DNA from: a virus
Taxonomy: Duplodnaviria; Caudoviricetes
Length of the DNA: 59,045 nt
Reading direction: 5' to 3' (one strand)
Virus record (IMG/VR): IMGVR_UViG_3300025151_000040
Location: 1-59,045 of that record
Shown: one piece after another, positions 1-9,552 of the stretch
Layout of the letters: every line of letters begins with the position of its first letter
How positions within the stretch are numbered: position 1 is the first letter of the stretch
The notes under the pieces: generated by a model
Told to the model about the DNA's origin: nothing
What the model saw: the letters and a program-made list of their open reading frames with translations, nothing else
The model's database searches: none
Program-made: the position numbers and the translations under genes

Positions 1-1
1 T

Positions 2-241
2 TCTGGAGACACCTTTAGTGGTATTATATTTGGTGATACGTTTGACGTAGGTGCTCCAACAGACGCAACGGTGACAGCAGCTAAATTAACAAGTATTAAC
101 GGGGCGTATAGAAACGTACAAACATTAACAGGAGGATTATCTGTTTCATCTTCTGAAAATGCTAGTATAGTAGGTCCTGTAACGGTGTCCTCAGGACAGA
201 CAATAAACGTAGCTAGTGGTGGAACACTAGTGATATTATAG
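2..241 (+). CDS. 3' part of a tail/virion protein (5' truncated), paralogue of 58595..59035
   Basis: Open frame to TAG at 239-241: SGDTFSGIIFGDTFDVGAPTDATVTAAKLTSINGAYRNVQTLTGG..ASIVGPVTV..GTLVIL. It aligns by eye with ..NGVFENLQTIT..AFLAGPVTF..GNLTVV. Confidence 0.75.
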   Translation, partial: SGDTFSGIIFGDTFDVGAPTDATVTAAKLTSINGAYRNVQTLTGGLSVSSSENASIVGPVTVSSGQTINVASGGTLVIL

Positions 242-250
242 GAGTAAATA

Positions 251-619
251 GTGGCAGATTGTGCACAAGCAATACAGTCCATCGGCACTTACGAATTTGT
301 TATTCGTGGTAATGTGACTACTGAAGCTGAGTTCAACTCAAACGTTGAATGGGTTGTCGGTAAAGACTCCAATGACACAGCTATCATGGGCGCAAAGCCA
401 GACGCTGTTACTTGGGCAAAAGTCAAAGCTGATATGGACAAACAGGATGCATTCGCATCACAAAAAATAATTAACGAAACAGCAAGAGCTTATCTTGCAT
501 CAACTGACTGGATGTCAGTCAGAGAAGCAGAGGGCGGAACTGCTATGCCTTCTGATGTAAAAACAAAAAGAGCAGAAGAACGTGCTAAGGTTGTGGATTA
601 CGCAAACTTTAGCGGATAG
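251..619 (+). CDS. tail fibre-associated/assembly chaperone-like protein
   Basis: GGAG RBS and GTG start; C-terminal ARAYLASTDW..VR..E motif typical of tail fibre chaperones; tail context. Confidence 0.55.
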   Translation: MADCAQAIQSIGTYEFVIRGNVTTEAEFNSNVEWVVGKDSNDTAIMGAKPDAVTWAKVKADMDKQDAFASQKIINETARAYLASTDWMSVREAEGGTAMPSDVKTKRAEERAKVVDYANFSG

Positions 620-627
620 GAGAAAAA

Positions 628-981
628 ATGGCATCATTAGCAACAAAGGTAAAACTTTACTGTGAAGCAAACTCAAAGACTGTAGACTTTACAAAGGATG
701 TTTTACTTCAGGATGATTCTGACGGTAAAGGTCCTTACATTAAAGAATGGAATATTTCTGGTTTGGACAAACCTACAGACTCACAACTCGCTGCACAAGA
801 AACAGCAGGTAATACTGAAGAGAAAAACAATCAAGTTAGAGCTACAAGAAGAGCAGGTTACGGAGATATCGGTGATCAGCTAGATCTGTTATATAAAGAT
901 TTGGTAGCAGGTAAAGTAGACTCAACAGGTGAGTGGGCAAAAAAAATTAAAACTGTCAAAGACGCAAACCCTAAATCATAA
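628..981 (+). CDS. XkdW-like tail fibre-associated protein
   Basis: LQDDSDGKGPYIKEWN..KPT N-terminal motif; R..GY....DQLD.LY..W...IK.VK...PK C-terminal motif. Confidence 0.6.
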   Translation: MASLATKVKLYCEANSKTVDFTKDVLLQDDSDGKGPYIKEWNISGLDKPTDSQLAAQETAGNTEEKNNQVRATRRAGYGDIGDQLDLLYKDLVAGKVDSTGEWAKKIKTVKDANPKS

Positions 982-991
982 GGAGTAAATA

Positions 992-1537
992 GTGGTATCG
1001 CAGTTAAAGGTAAATGAGATTATAAAGCAGTCAGGCTCATCAATTACGATTGGGGAGGACGGAGATACTTTATCTGGACCTTTTACTAATACCCCTGCTT
1101 TTTATGCAGAACTTACTACAGATTACGGAATTAGCGATAACACCTCTACTTTAATAAAATGGCAAACTACTATATTTGATACAGATACAGGATATAGCTC
1201 TAGTACAGGTAGATATACAATTCCTACAGGAAAGGGCGGTAAATATGTTTTATTTGTAGGTGCTTTGATACAATCAGGTGCAGACCAAAACATGGCTAAT
1301 GCCGTTATTTATTTAAAAAAGAATGGTACTATTGTTAATAGTAATCTTAACTATTACAACTCTACAAGAATACATTATAAAACATTTAACACCATTCATT
1401 ATGAAACTTGTGCTGCGGGTGATTACATAGAAGCATATTGTTTGTGTGATACTCAGAATGGCGGTGGTGCTAGTGTGTTAGGCAATGCAAATGCAGGATA
1501 TTCACATTTTGGAGCATACAGGATTATAGGAGCATAG
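992..1537 (+). CDS. C1q/TNF-like trimeric receptor-binding (tail fibre tip) protein
   Basis: PAF..FD..Y...TGRYTIP..GKY..L.KNG..GDYIE..F..Y pattern of C1q-like beta sandwich. Confidence 0.7.
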   Translation: MVSQLKVNEIIKQSGSSITIGEDGDTLSGPFTNTPAFYAELTTDYGISDNTSTLIKWQTTIFDTDTGYSSSTGRYTIPTGKGGKYVLFVGALIQSGADQNMANAVIYLKKNGTIVNSNLNYYNSTRIHYKTFNTIHYETCAAGDYIEAYCLCDTQNGGGASVLGNANAGYSHFGAYRIIGA

Positions 1538-2074
1538 ATGACCAGTAAACTAAAAGTAAATATACTCGCTGATGGTGGTGATAATGCGATCTTGACTTCC
1601 GATGGATCAGGCTCTTTAACTATTAATAATGCTGCGTTAAAAAATACTCCGGCTTTTTCTGTTAGACTAAGTAGCAATCAGACATTATCAAACAATACTC
1701 TTACAAAAATTACATTAGATACTGAAGATTACGATACAGATAATGCTTTTGCGTCTAACAAATTTACAGTACCTAGTGGTGGTGCTGGTAAATATAAGAT
1801 TACATTAAATATATATTGGAGTTTTGGTAATACTGAAAGTGCCTCTGAAATACAATTACATTTGTATAAAAATGGTTCATCAGTACAAAGAGAATGGATT
1901 TCATTTAATCCTAGTGGCAGAATGTCAGGTGCGGCTCAAACATTAACTATGGATATGAGTTTAGCAGCATCTGATTATTTAGAAATGTACGCACGTGGTT
2001 ATACTGGTGGTGCTTCTATTGCCGCTGTAGATACACAAACAAGAATGCACGGATTTAGGTTAATAGGAGCATAG
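1538..2074 (+). CDS. C1q/TNF-like receptor-binding protein, paralogue of 992..1537
   Basis: NTPAF..DTD..FTVP..GKY..LYKNG..DYLE..R(L/I)IGA shared with the upstream gene. Confidence 0.7.
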   Translation: MTSKLKVNILADGGDNAILTSDGSGSLTINNAALKNTPAFSVRLSSNQTLSNNTLTKITLDTEDYDTDNAFASNKFTVPSGGAGKYKITLNIYWSFGNTESASEIQLHLYKNGSSVQREWISFNPSGRMSGAAQTLTMDMSLAASDYLEMYARGYTGGASIAAVDTQTRMHGFRLIGA

Positions 2075-2075
2075 C

Positions 2076-3194
2076 ATGCCACTGAACACGATCCCCAATA
2101 AAGGTTTAACGAGTAGAGGTTATCCAAGCGATAGAATTGTAACTCCTTTAATTATAAACGGAGATATGTCCGTGGCTCAGAGAGGTACATCTGCTACAGG
2201 ATTAACAAATGGTAGCAGTGGGTTTCACACAGTTGATAGATTTAGATATTCAGAAGCTGGTGCTCCTAGTTCACAAATAACGATGACACAAGATACAAAT
2301 GTACCTACAGGACAAGGTTTTGTAACAGCTATGAAATTTGATGTAACCACAGCACAAGGCTCAATGTCCGCTGCAGACAGAGTTACTTTTGACCAAAAAA
2401 TAGAAGCACAAAATTTACAATTATTAAAATATGGAACATCAAATGCAGAAAAATTAACTTTATGTTTTTGGGTTAAAGCAACCAAAACAGGAACTTATGT
2501 AGTGTGGATTTATTCACCTGATGGCACTAGAAGTGTAGCAAAGCAATATACAGTGAGTGCATCTGATACTTGGGAAAAAAAGACAATTAATATACCTGCG
2601 GATACAGGCGGAACAATTAATAATGATAATGGAGAGGGTTTTAGAGTAAGTTGGTTTATAGCAGCAGGTTCTAATTTTACCAGTGGAACATTAGCATCAT
2701 CTTGGGAATCTCATACCGCTGCTAATACAGCGGTGGGTCAAGTAAATGCCACAGATAGTACATCTAATAATTGGCATATAACAGGCATACAACTCGAAGT
2801 CGGTGAGTTTGATTCCACAACCATACCTAGTTTTCCTTTTGAGAGTTATGCGAATAGTTTAGAAAAATGTCAAAGGTATTATTTCGAAGAGGGTAACAAT
2901 GCACAAAGTTTTGTTGCAGGTGCTTTTAATGCCTCTGATTCACCTTTCAGATATCAATTTATGAAACCAATGAGAGCAGCGCCTTCAGGTTCAATAGGTG
3001 GCTCAATAAACACAGATTTAAAACTTTATAGTGCGGGAAGTGATAAAACTTTGACTGCTGTATCTTTTGCAGCTATTACTACACATGGTGCAAGAGTAGA
3101 AATATCCTCTTCTGGTGCATTTACTGCGGGTCAGACAGGACATTTTTATTTACTAAATAATACAGGAAAATTAAAATTTGATGCGGAGTTATAG
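2076..3194 (+). CDS. tail fibre protein with carbohydrate-binding jelly-roll domain
   Basis: IINGDM.VAQRG..DRF..TGIQLEVG..FE..L.KCQRYY motifs common in phage tail fibres. Confidence 0.7.
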   Translation: MPLNTIPNKGLTSRGYPSDRIVTPLIINGDMSVAQRGTSATGLTNGSSGFHTVDRFRYSEAGAPSSQITMTQDTNVPTGQGFVTAMKFDVTTAQGSMSAADRVTFDQKIEAQNLQLLKYGTSNAEKLTLCFWVKATKTGTYVVWIYSPDGTRSVAKQYTVSASDTWEKKTINIPADTGGTINNDNGEGFRVSWFIAAGSNFTSGTLASSWESHTAANTAVGQVNATDSTSNNWHITGIQLEVGEFDSTTIPSFPFESYANSLEKCQRYYFEEGNNAQSFVAGAFNASDSPFRYQFMKPMRAAPSGSIGGSINTDLKLYSAGSDKTLTAVSFAAITTHGARVEISSSGAFTAGQTGHFYLLNNTGKLKFDAEL

Positions 3195-3368
3195 ATGATA
3201 CAGACAGTAACAAAAATTATAAGTGCAATTGATAATTCAATTACATATAAAGTTGTTTCTCAAGATAATTCAACAATCTATGTACCTCACGACACTGCAA
3301 ACCGACACTATCAAGAGATTCTTGAGTGGGTTGCTGCGGGTAATACAATAACCGACCCAGGGTCGTAA
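3195..3368 (+). CDS. 57-aa tail fibre assembly-like protein (not in ORF track)
   Basis: MIQTVTKIISAIDNSITYKVVSQDNSTIYVPHDTANRHYQEILEWVAAGNTITDPGS; fills the intergenic gap; P.D..NRHY..L.W...GN motif. Confidence 0.75.
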   Translation: MIQTVTKIISAIDNSITYKVVSQDNSTIYVPHDTANRHYQEILEWVAAGNTITDPGS

Positions 3369-3371
3369 TAA

Positions 3372-4634
3372 ATGAATTTTGCGAGATTAGCATTCGCTGA
3401 AGCCCCTTTCTCTGCGGAAGGTGGAACTAGTATAGCAGTCGCTGTTACTGGTCAAGCCCTCACTACTACATTAAATAGTGTATCAGTTGACGTAACTACC
3501 GGTGTTGCAGTCACTGGTCAAGCCCTCACTACTACATTAAATAGTGTAATTGTATCAGCTCAAGGAGAGATCTCAGCTTCAGGACAAGCTCTTACTGGAT
3601 CTGTAAACAATGTCGTAGTAGCAGGACAAGCTGTTATAAGTGAAACAGGTTTTGGTTTAACTTCAACATTAGGAGATGAATCAGTAGCTATTAACATAGC
3701 TATTGCTCAAGTAGGACAAGAATTAACTTCAACTTTATCTGACGAAGTTGTTGTAGGATCTGCAGTAGTTGTAGAAACAGGAGTTCAAGGAAATACAAGT
3801 TTAGGAAGTGTTGCTGTTCAAATCCCTGGTGATGTAGTTATAAATGGACAAGAAGCTACAGTTTCTCAAGGAAATGAAACTGCAATTGGCTCAGCTTTAG
3901 TTGTTCCTAAAGGAGTAACTCAAACTTTCACTGTAACAGTAGCTTCAGTCGGAGGCGCTAATAAATACTTCATAGACGGAGTTCAACAGCCTACTCTTGA
4001 ATTAAAAGAAGGTAATGTTTACATATTCGATTGGTCAGCCGCTACAGGGCACCCTGTTAGGTTTTCTACCACTAGTGATGGTACACATAGTGGAGGTAGT
4101 GAATATACTACAGGGGTTGTAAAAGACGATAGTAATTATAAAACAACTATAACTGTTGCCGCTTCTGCTCCTACTCTATATTATTACTGTCAATATCATA
4201 GTGGTATGGGAGGTCAAGCTAATACTCCTACTAATACAGATTATCAAGGTCAATCTGCTACTACAAGTTTAGGAAGTGTTACAGTTGAGCTTGTAACCGA
4301 TATAGTTGTTACAGGTCAAGAATTAACTACATCATTAGGAAGCACTACTCAAGTTGGAAGTGCTGCAATTGCTGTTACTGGTCAAGCATTAACAACCACT
4401 TTAAACGATGTAGTAGTAAAGAATAATCAAGTATTCTCAGTAACAGGGCTTTCTGCAACTACATCTGTAGGAACTGTATCAATAGTAGGGCAACAAATTC
4501 TTTCAATTTCTGGATTTTCTGCTAATATTAATATAGGTTCACCTAATTTCTGGCAACCTATACCAGGGGCAAGTAATTCGTGGACTGAAGTAAACACTTC
4601 GAATACAAACACATGGAAGGACATAGCGGCATAA
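3372..4634 (+). CDS. repeat-rich virion protein with inserted cupredoxin-like domain
   Basis: ~22-aa VTGQ.LTT.L..V repeats interrupted by a domain with GHP..YYYCQYHSGMGG. Confidence 0.7.
   Translation: MNFARLAFAEAPFSAEGGTSIAVAVTGQALTTTLNSVSVDVTTGVAVTGQALTTTLNSVIVSAQGEISASGQALTGSVNNVVVAGQAVISETGFGLTSTLGDESVAINIAIAQVGQELTSTLSDEVVVGSAVVVETGVQGNTSLGSVAVQIPGDVVINGQEATVSQGNETAIGSALVVPKGVTQTFTVTVASVGGANKYFIDGVQQPTLELKEGNVYIFDWSAATGHPVRFSTTSDGTHSGGSEYTTGVVKDDSNYKTTITVAASAPTLYYYCQYHSGMGGQANTPTNTDYQGQSATTSLGSVTVELVTDIVVTGQELTTSLGSTTQVGSAAIAVTGQALTTTLNDVVVKNNQVFSVTGLSATTSVGTVSIVGQQILSISGFSANINIGSPNFWQPIPGASNSWTEVNTSNTNTWKDIAA
3447..3548 (+). repeat. 36-nt exact direct repeat x2 (66-nt period) within the repeat protein
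   Basis: actggtcaagccctcactactacattaaatagtgta at 3447 and 3513. Confidence 0.9.
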
Positions 4635-4635
4635 A

Positions 4636-5634
4636 ATGGCATCAACTTATTCAAGTAGATTAAAATTAGAATTAATGGAAGCTGGCGCAAATGCTGGCGT
4701 ATGGGGAAATAACACTAACGAAAATTTACAAGTTATCGATGCTGCAGTAGGAGGTTATTTAGCTAAATCTGTAGCAGGAAGTTCTAACGTTACTTTAACA
4801 AGTTCTAATAGAGATCCAGATGTTGAATCTACTAATGAAGCAGGTAATAAAGTAATTGAATTTACAGGAACACTATCTGGTAATATTTATGTCTTTTTAC
4901 CAGCAGTAGAAAAAGAATACATTATACATAATAATACTACAGGGTCTCATACTTTACATGTAGCTCCTACTGGTCATGCAGCTAATGGCATAGCTATTAC
5001 TCAAGGAACTCACACTGTTACCTACGTTAAAAACGGAGATGATATGGTAGATCTTTTTGCAGATGGCACTAGTTCTTTAGGAACTGTTAATGTTGCAGTA
5101 TTGAATGCAACTACAGTAACTGGTGATGGTTCAGCTTTAACAGGAATAGATGCTTTTCCTAGTTCAACTAAAATGTTATTTCAACAATCTGCAGCACCTA
5201 CTGGTTGGACTAAACAAACTACGCATAATAATAAAGCTTTACGTGTCGTATCAGGTTCCGTAAGTTCAGGTGGCTCTAATACTTTCGCTGCAGCGTTTAA
5301 TACTAATAATACTATTAGTGGAACTACTGGTGGCACCGCAGTTACTATATCGGGATCAACCGCTGGTCACTCAATCACACAAGCTGAACTACCAAACATA
5401 ACTCTAACTCCACAACAAAAAGCAAAAACAGAAGACAAAGGTCCTTTGAACAGAGGTTCTTCTTCTGGTGGAGGTGCTGGTTACGAATTTCTTGACATAC
5501 CTTTGGGTGGTTCAGGTACAGCTCACAGTCACGCTGCAGGATCATTAGCAGGTGGATCGCATACACATACTTTTTCTACTAACTTAAATCTAGATGTACA
5601 ATATGTAGATTTAATTATTGCAGCAAAAGATTAA
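4636..5634 (+). CDS. tail fibre protein with collar-like C-terminal region
   Basis: MASTYS..L.LEL..WG..TN.NL N-terminus; FP..TKMLFQQ.AAPTGWTK; HxH motifs. Confidence 0.7.
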   Translation: MASTYSSRLKLELMEAGANAGVWGNNTNENLQVIDAAVGGYLAKSVAGSSNVTLTSSNRDPDVESTNEAGNKVIEFTGTLSGNIYVFLPAVEKEYIIHNNTTGSHTLHVAPTGHAANGIAITQGTHTVTYVKNGDDMVDLFADGTSSLGTVNVAVLNATTVTGDGSALTGIDAFPSSTKMLFQQSAAPTGWTKQTTHNNKALRVVSGSVSSGGSNTFAAAFNTNNTISGTTGGTAVTISGSTAGHSITQAELPNITLTPQQKAKTEDKGPLNRGSSSGGGAGYEFLDIPLGGSGTAHSHAAGSLAGGSHTHTFSTNLNLDVQYVDLIIAAKD

Positions 5635-5905
5635 TTTGAAAATTGAAATTAAAGATAACTGTCCTCTCAATAATTTTACTCCTTGTAAAAAATTTGACTG
5701 TGCTTGGTTTACTCAAATAAGAGGAACTCACCCTCAAACTGGTGAAGAAATTGACGAGTATGGCTGTGCTATTGCTATGCTTCCTTTATTACTAATAGAA
5801 AATTCTAGACAAAGTAGTCAAGCTGGTGCTGCAATAGAAAGCTTTAGAAATGAAATGGTTAAAGCTAATAATCTTAGTAATTTATTAAAATTAAAGAAAA
5901 AGTAA
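5618..5905 (+). CDS. Cys-rich protein following the tail fibre (start may be TTG 5636)
   Basis: CPL..C.K.DCAWF.Q.RG..P.TG..GCAI..LP.LLIEN. Confidence 0.6.
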   Translation: MQQKINLKIEIKDNCPLNNFTPCKKFDCAWFTQIRGTHPQTGEEIDEYGCAIAMLPLLLIENSRQSSQAGAAIESFRNEMVKANNLSNLLKLKKK

Positions 5906-7764
5906 TGTACAACAAAGTTCAGTTTAGACCTGGTATAGATAAAGAAAATACTGAATATGGTGCTGAAGGTTCATGGATAGATTGTGATAAAGTAAGATTT
6001 AGATTTGGACTTCCTCAAAAAATAGGAGGCTGGCTTAAAGTAGCAAGTTCAGCTATGGTAGGAGTTGTTAGAGGAATTAAGACTTGGTTTGATTTAGACG
6101 GAAGTCGATATATAGGTTTAGGAACTAATAAAAAAGTTTACATATTTAACGGAGGTAACTTATATAATGTTACTCCTCTTAGACAGAGCAATACTTCTTT
6201 AACGAATATATTTACTACTACTAATGGAAGTGCTAATGTTACTGTAACTGTAAACAGTCATGGAACTAGTGCTGGTGATTTTGTTATATTCGATACTATA
6301 TCTTCATTAACTTCAGGTACTAATTTTACAGCTTCTAACTTTACAACAGGAGAATTTGAAGTACAAGGAGTAGCAAATGGAAACGCTTTTTTTATTCAAA
6401 TGCCGTCAGCTGAGTCTGGCTCTGGTATAACTAATAAAGGAAATGGAAACGCTAAATTTGAATTAAACGCAGAACCCGATGTTCAAACTTTAGGATATGG
6501 TTGGGGTACATCAACATGGAATACGGAAACATGGGGTACAGCTCGATCTACTTCTAACGTTACTTTAGATATGGGTATGTGGAGTTTCGATAATGCCGGT
6601 GAAGATTTATATGCTTGGAAAAAAAATGATAGTACATATTTATGGGATACTTCAGCAGGCTTAGCTAATAATCGTATGACCGCAGTTACTAATGCTCCTA
6701 CAGCTTCAGTTACTGGTTTAGTTTCTACTCCTGATAGACATTTAATTTGTTTTGGAACTGAGATAACTATAGGAACTCCTAGCACTCAAGATACCATGTT
6801 TATTAGATGGTCAGATCAAGAAAATTTTACTCAATGGACTCCTAGTACAACTAACACGGCAGGCTCTCAAAGATTAGGTGAAGGAAGTAGAATAATATCT
6901 GCAAAGAAAACTAGAAATGAAATTTTAGTATGGACTGATCAAGCACTTCATAGTATGCAGTTTATTGGTCCTCCTTTTACTTTTGGATTTAGATTACTAG
7001 GTACAGATTGTGGAGCTGTTGGTATGAATTCTACAGTAGTTGTTAATGATACAGCATACTGGATGTCAGAAGGTCGTTTTATGATTTATAGAGGAGGTAT
7101 ACAAGAACTTCCCTGTAGTGTGAAAAGTCATGTATTTGGTGATATTAATACTGCTCAAAATACTCAAGTATATGCTGGTGAAAATAATGAATTTAATGAA
7201 GTTATATGGTTTTATTGCTCGTCTAGTTCAAGTCAAGTAGATAAGTATGTTATTTATAATTATCAAGAACAAGTATGGTATGTAGGAAATTTAAGTAGAA
7301 GTGCATGGGTAGATCAAGGAGTATTTTCAGTTCCTCAAGCTACTGAATATGATTCTACTTCTACTGCAGCAACTTCAGATACTTTAAATGGAGTATCCGC
7401 TGGTCGTAGTTTTATATACGAACATGAAACAGGAACTTCAGATGATGGTAGCACTATGAATACGTTTTTAACTAGTGGAGATGTAGATATAGCAGACGGA
7501 GATCAATTTATGTTTATTAGAGGATATATACCAGATTTTAAAAATTTACAAGGAACTGTAAAAATGAATTTATTATCTAGAGATTTTCCTACAGATACTC
7601 AAACTCAATCTGGTAATATAGATATTACAACAAGCACTAAACAAGTTAATACTAGATCGAGAGGGAGACAAATCGCTGTAAAAATTAGTAGTGATTCAGG
7701 CACGAATGATCAATGGAGATTCGGAACGTTAAGAGTAAATGCTAGACCAGATGGTAAAAGATAA
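5905..7764 (+). CDS. tail nozzle / packaged-DNA stabilization protein (P22 gp10-like beta-propeller)
   Basis: 619 aa, beta-rich; IRWSDQE..W...TN.AG..L..GS; ends ..RFG..R...PDGKR; lies before GNAT and ejection genes. Confidence 0.7.
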   Translation: MYNKVQFRPGIDKENTEYGAEGSWIDCDKVRFRFGLPQKIGGWLKVASSAMVGVVRGIKTWFDLDGSRYIGLGTNKKVYIFNGGNLYNVTPLRQSNTSLTNIFTTTNGSANVTVTVNSHGTSAGDFVIFDTISSLTSGTNFTASNFTTGEFEVQGVANGNAFFIQMPSAESGSGITNKGNGNAKFELNAEPDVQTLGYGWGTSTWNTETWGTARSTSNVTLDMGMWSFDNAGEDLYAWKKNDSTYLWDTSAGLANNRMTAVTNAPTASVTGLVSTPDRHLICFGTEITIGTPSTQDTMFIRWSDQENFTQWTPSTTNTAGSQRLGEGSRIISAKKTRNEILVWTDQALHSMQFIGPPFTFGFRLLGTDCGAVGMNSTVVVNDTAYWMSEGRFMIYRGGIQELPCSVKSHVFGDINTAQNTQVYAGENNEFNEVIWFYCSSSSSQVDKYVIYNYQEQVWYVGNLSRSAWVDQGVFSVPQATEYDSTSTAATSDTLNGVSAGRSFIYEHETGTSDDGSTMNTFLTSGDVDIADGDQFMFIRGYIPDFKNLQGTVKMNLLSRDFPTDTQTQSGNIDITTSTKQVNTRSRGRQIAVKISSDSGTNDQWRFGTLRVNARPDGKR

Positions 7765-8015
7765 TGGCATTTAAAAGACCTCCTAGCCTTCCGATAGCTA
7801 GATCTGACGATGAATTAATGCAAGTATATAATCAAGCTATTGTTGATTTAGAACAGTATTTATTAGAAATTACTCAACCCGCAGATACGGGATTTACTAC
7901 TAGTAATGTAACTACTAATAAAGCTTTAGATCCTACATCTGCTAACTTAGCTACCGTAGCAAATACTTTAGCTACTTTAATAGATGCTTTAAAATCGAAA
8001 GGATTAATTGGTTAA
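7764..8015 (+). CDS. small virion protein
   Basis: Translationally coupled; C-terminal LATLIDALKSKGLI motif seen in virion fibre proteins. Confidence 0.55.
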   Translation: MAFKRPPSLPIARSDDELMQVYNQAIVDLEQYLLEITQPADTGFTTSNVTTNKALDPTSANLATVANTLATLIDALKSKGLIG

Positions 8016-8451
8016 TTATAGAAAAGCTACTTTAGAAGATGTAAAGCCGATTAGAAACTTACTTTTAAACTGGCTTGAAGAATCGCCTTTAAAATTAGGA
8101 AAACCTAATACTAGAAAGGGAGATTCTTACATATATGATATAATTTATAATAACTTCGTAATAGTGGCTGAAAAAGATAATAAAATCATAGGAACTATAT
8201 CAGTAATTGATGAAGATACTTGGTATACAGATAAAAAGTTTTTTAGAGTGAATTGGCTTTATGTAGATAGTAAAAAAAGAAATAGTAGAATAGCAAAAAA
8301 ATTGCTAGAATATGTTAAAGAATACGTTAAAATAAACAAAATGCCTTTGATACTTGAAATGACACAAGGACATGATATTGATAGAAAACATCAATGGTTA
8401 ATTAGACAAAACTTTGAATACCTTGGTGGAACATATGGAGATAATTTATAA
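8008..8451 (+). CDS. GNAT-family acetyltransferase (podovirus tail-module type)
   Basis: YRKATLED..VAEKDNKIIG..LYV...R.SRIAKKLL GNAT motif A. Confidence 0.75.
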   Translation: MVNYRKATLEDVKPIRNLLLNWLEESPLKLGKPNTRKGDSYIYDIIYNNFVIVAEKDNKIIGTISVIDEDTWYTDKKFFRVNWLYVDSKKRNSRIAKKLLEYVKEYVKINKMPLILEMTQGHDIDRKHQWLIRQNFEYLGGTYGDNL

Positions 8452-9551
8452 TGGGAAGTTTATTTAAACCAGCTACAACTGTTGTAGAGGCACCTAGTCA
8501 AAGTCAAGTACAATATGATATCCCACAGTATTTTAAAGATTTACAAGAAGATGTATTTGCTAGAGCCAATACAGCAAGTCGACAACCTTTTCAAGCTTAT
8601 CAAGGTGAACGTATAGCAGATTTAACTGCTCTTCAAAATGCTGCAATTACTCAAGCACAAACTAATTTAGGACAGTTCGGTCAATCTGGTGTAATACCTG
8701 AAGCTCAAAATAGAGTAAGAGATGCAGCTAATATAGCAGGAACTCAATTTACTACTAATATTGCAAATCAGTATATGAATCCTTTTATGGATACTGTAGC
8801 TAACAATGCAATAAGAAATTTACAAGAAGAATCTGCTAGAGCACAACAAACAGCTAGAGCACAAGCCGTTTCAAGAGGTGCATTTGGTGGAGCAAGACAA
8901 GGAATACAAGAAGCTACTCTTCAAGCTGAAACTGCAAAAAAAGCAGGAGATTTAACAGCTCAATTACAAGCACAAGCTTTTCAAGATGCAGCAAATAGAT
9001 TTGCTACTGATCGTGGTGTTGCAGCTCAAGGCCAATTAACTGCAGCTCAAGCAATCCCTGGTTTACAAGCTCAAGGTGGACAAGTCGGTTTACAAGAAGC
9101 GGCCGCTGCAACTCAATTTGGTGGACTACAACAAGCAATTCAACAGCAACGATTACTAGAAGATTACCGTGATTTTGTAGAACAACAAGGATTTGAAAGA
9201 GGACAATTAGGATTCTTATCAAGTATTCTTACAGGTGCTCCTATACGTTCTTACGGCGAAGAACGTTCAGGTACAGTAGGACAAGTTATAGGAGGTACTT
9301 CTCCTTTTGGTCAAATAGCAGGGGCTATTGGATCAGCTTATATGATGAGTGATTCTCGTTTAAAAGAAGATATTAAACTAGTAGGTAAATCTCCATTAGG
9401 AATAAATATCTATGAATTTAAATATATTAATAGCCCTGATAGATATCAAGGTGTAATGGCGCAAGAAGTGCCAGAAGCTTCTATTAATATTAATGGTTTC
9501 TTAGCTGTAGATTATAATAAAATAGATGTAGATTTTAAGAAGCTAAGGTAA
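8451..9551 (+). CDS. internal virion/DNA ejection protein with C-terminal peptidase S74-like chaperone domain
   Basis: Gln/Ala-rich helical body with YMNPF and GAFGG.R; C-terminus SDSRLKEDI..G..IY.F.Y..GVMAQEV..VDY. Confidence 0.75.
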   Translation: MGSLFKPATTVVEAPSQSQVQYDIPQYFKDLQEDVFARANTASRQPFQAYQGERIADLTALQNAAITQAQTNLGQFGQSGVIPEAQNRVRDAANIAGTQFTTNIANQYMNPFMDTVANNAIRNLQEESARAQQTARAQAVSRGAFGGARQGIQEATLQAETAKKAGDLTAQLQAQAFQDAANRFATDRGVAAQGQLTAAQAIPGLQAQGGQVGLQEAAAATQFGGLQQAIQQQRLLEDYRDFVEQQGFERGQLGFLSSILTGAPIRSYGEERSGTVGQVIGGTSPFGQIAGAIGSAYMMSDSRLKEDIKLVGKSPLGINIYEFKYINSPDRYQGVMAQEVPEASININGFLAVDYNKIDVDFKKLR

Positions 9552-9552
9552 T

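Noticed and set aside
992-3548. Diversity-generating retroelement in the tail cassettes
   Set aside because: No reverse transcriptase and no TR/VR pair with adenine-specific mismatches; the 36-nt repeat is an exact intragenic duplication
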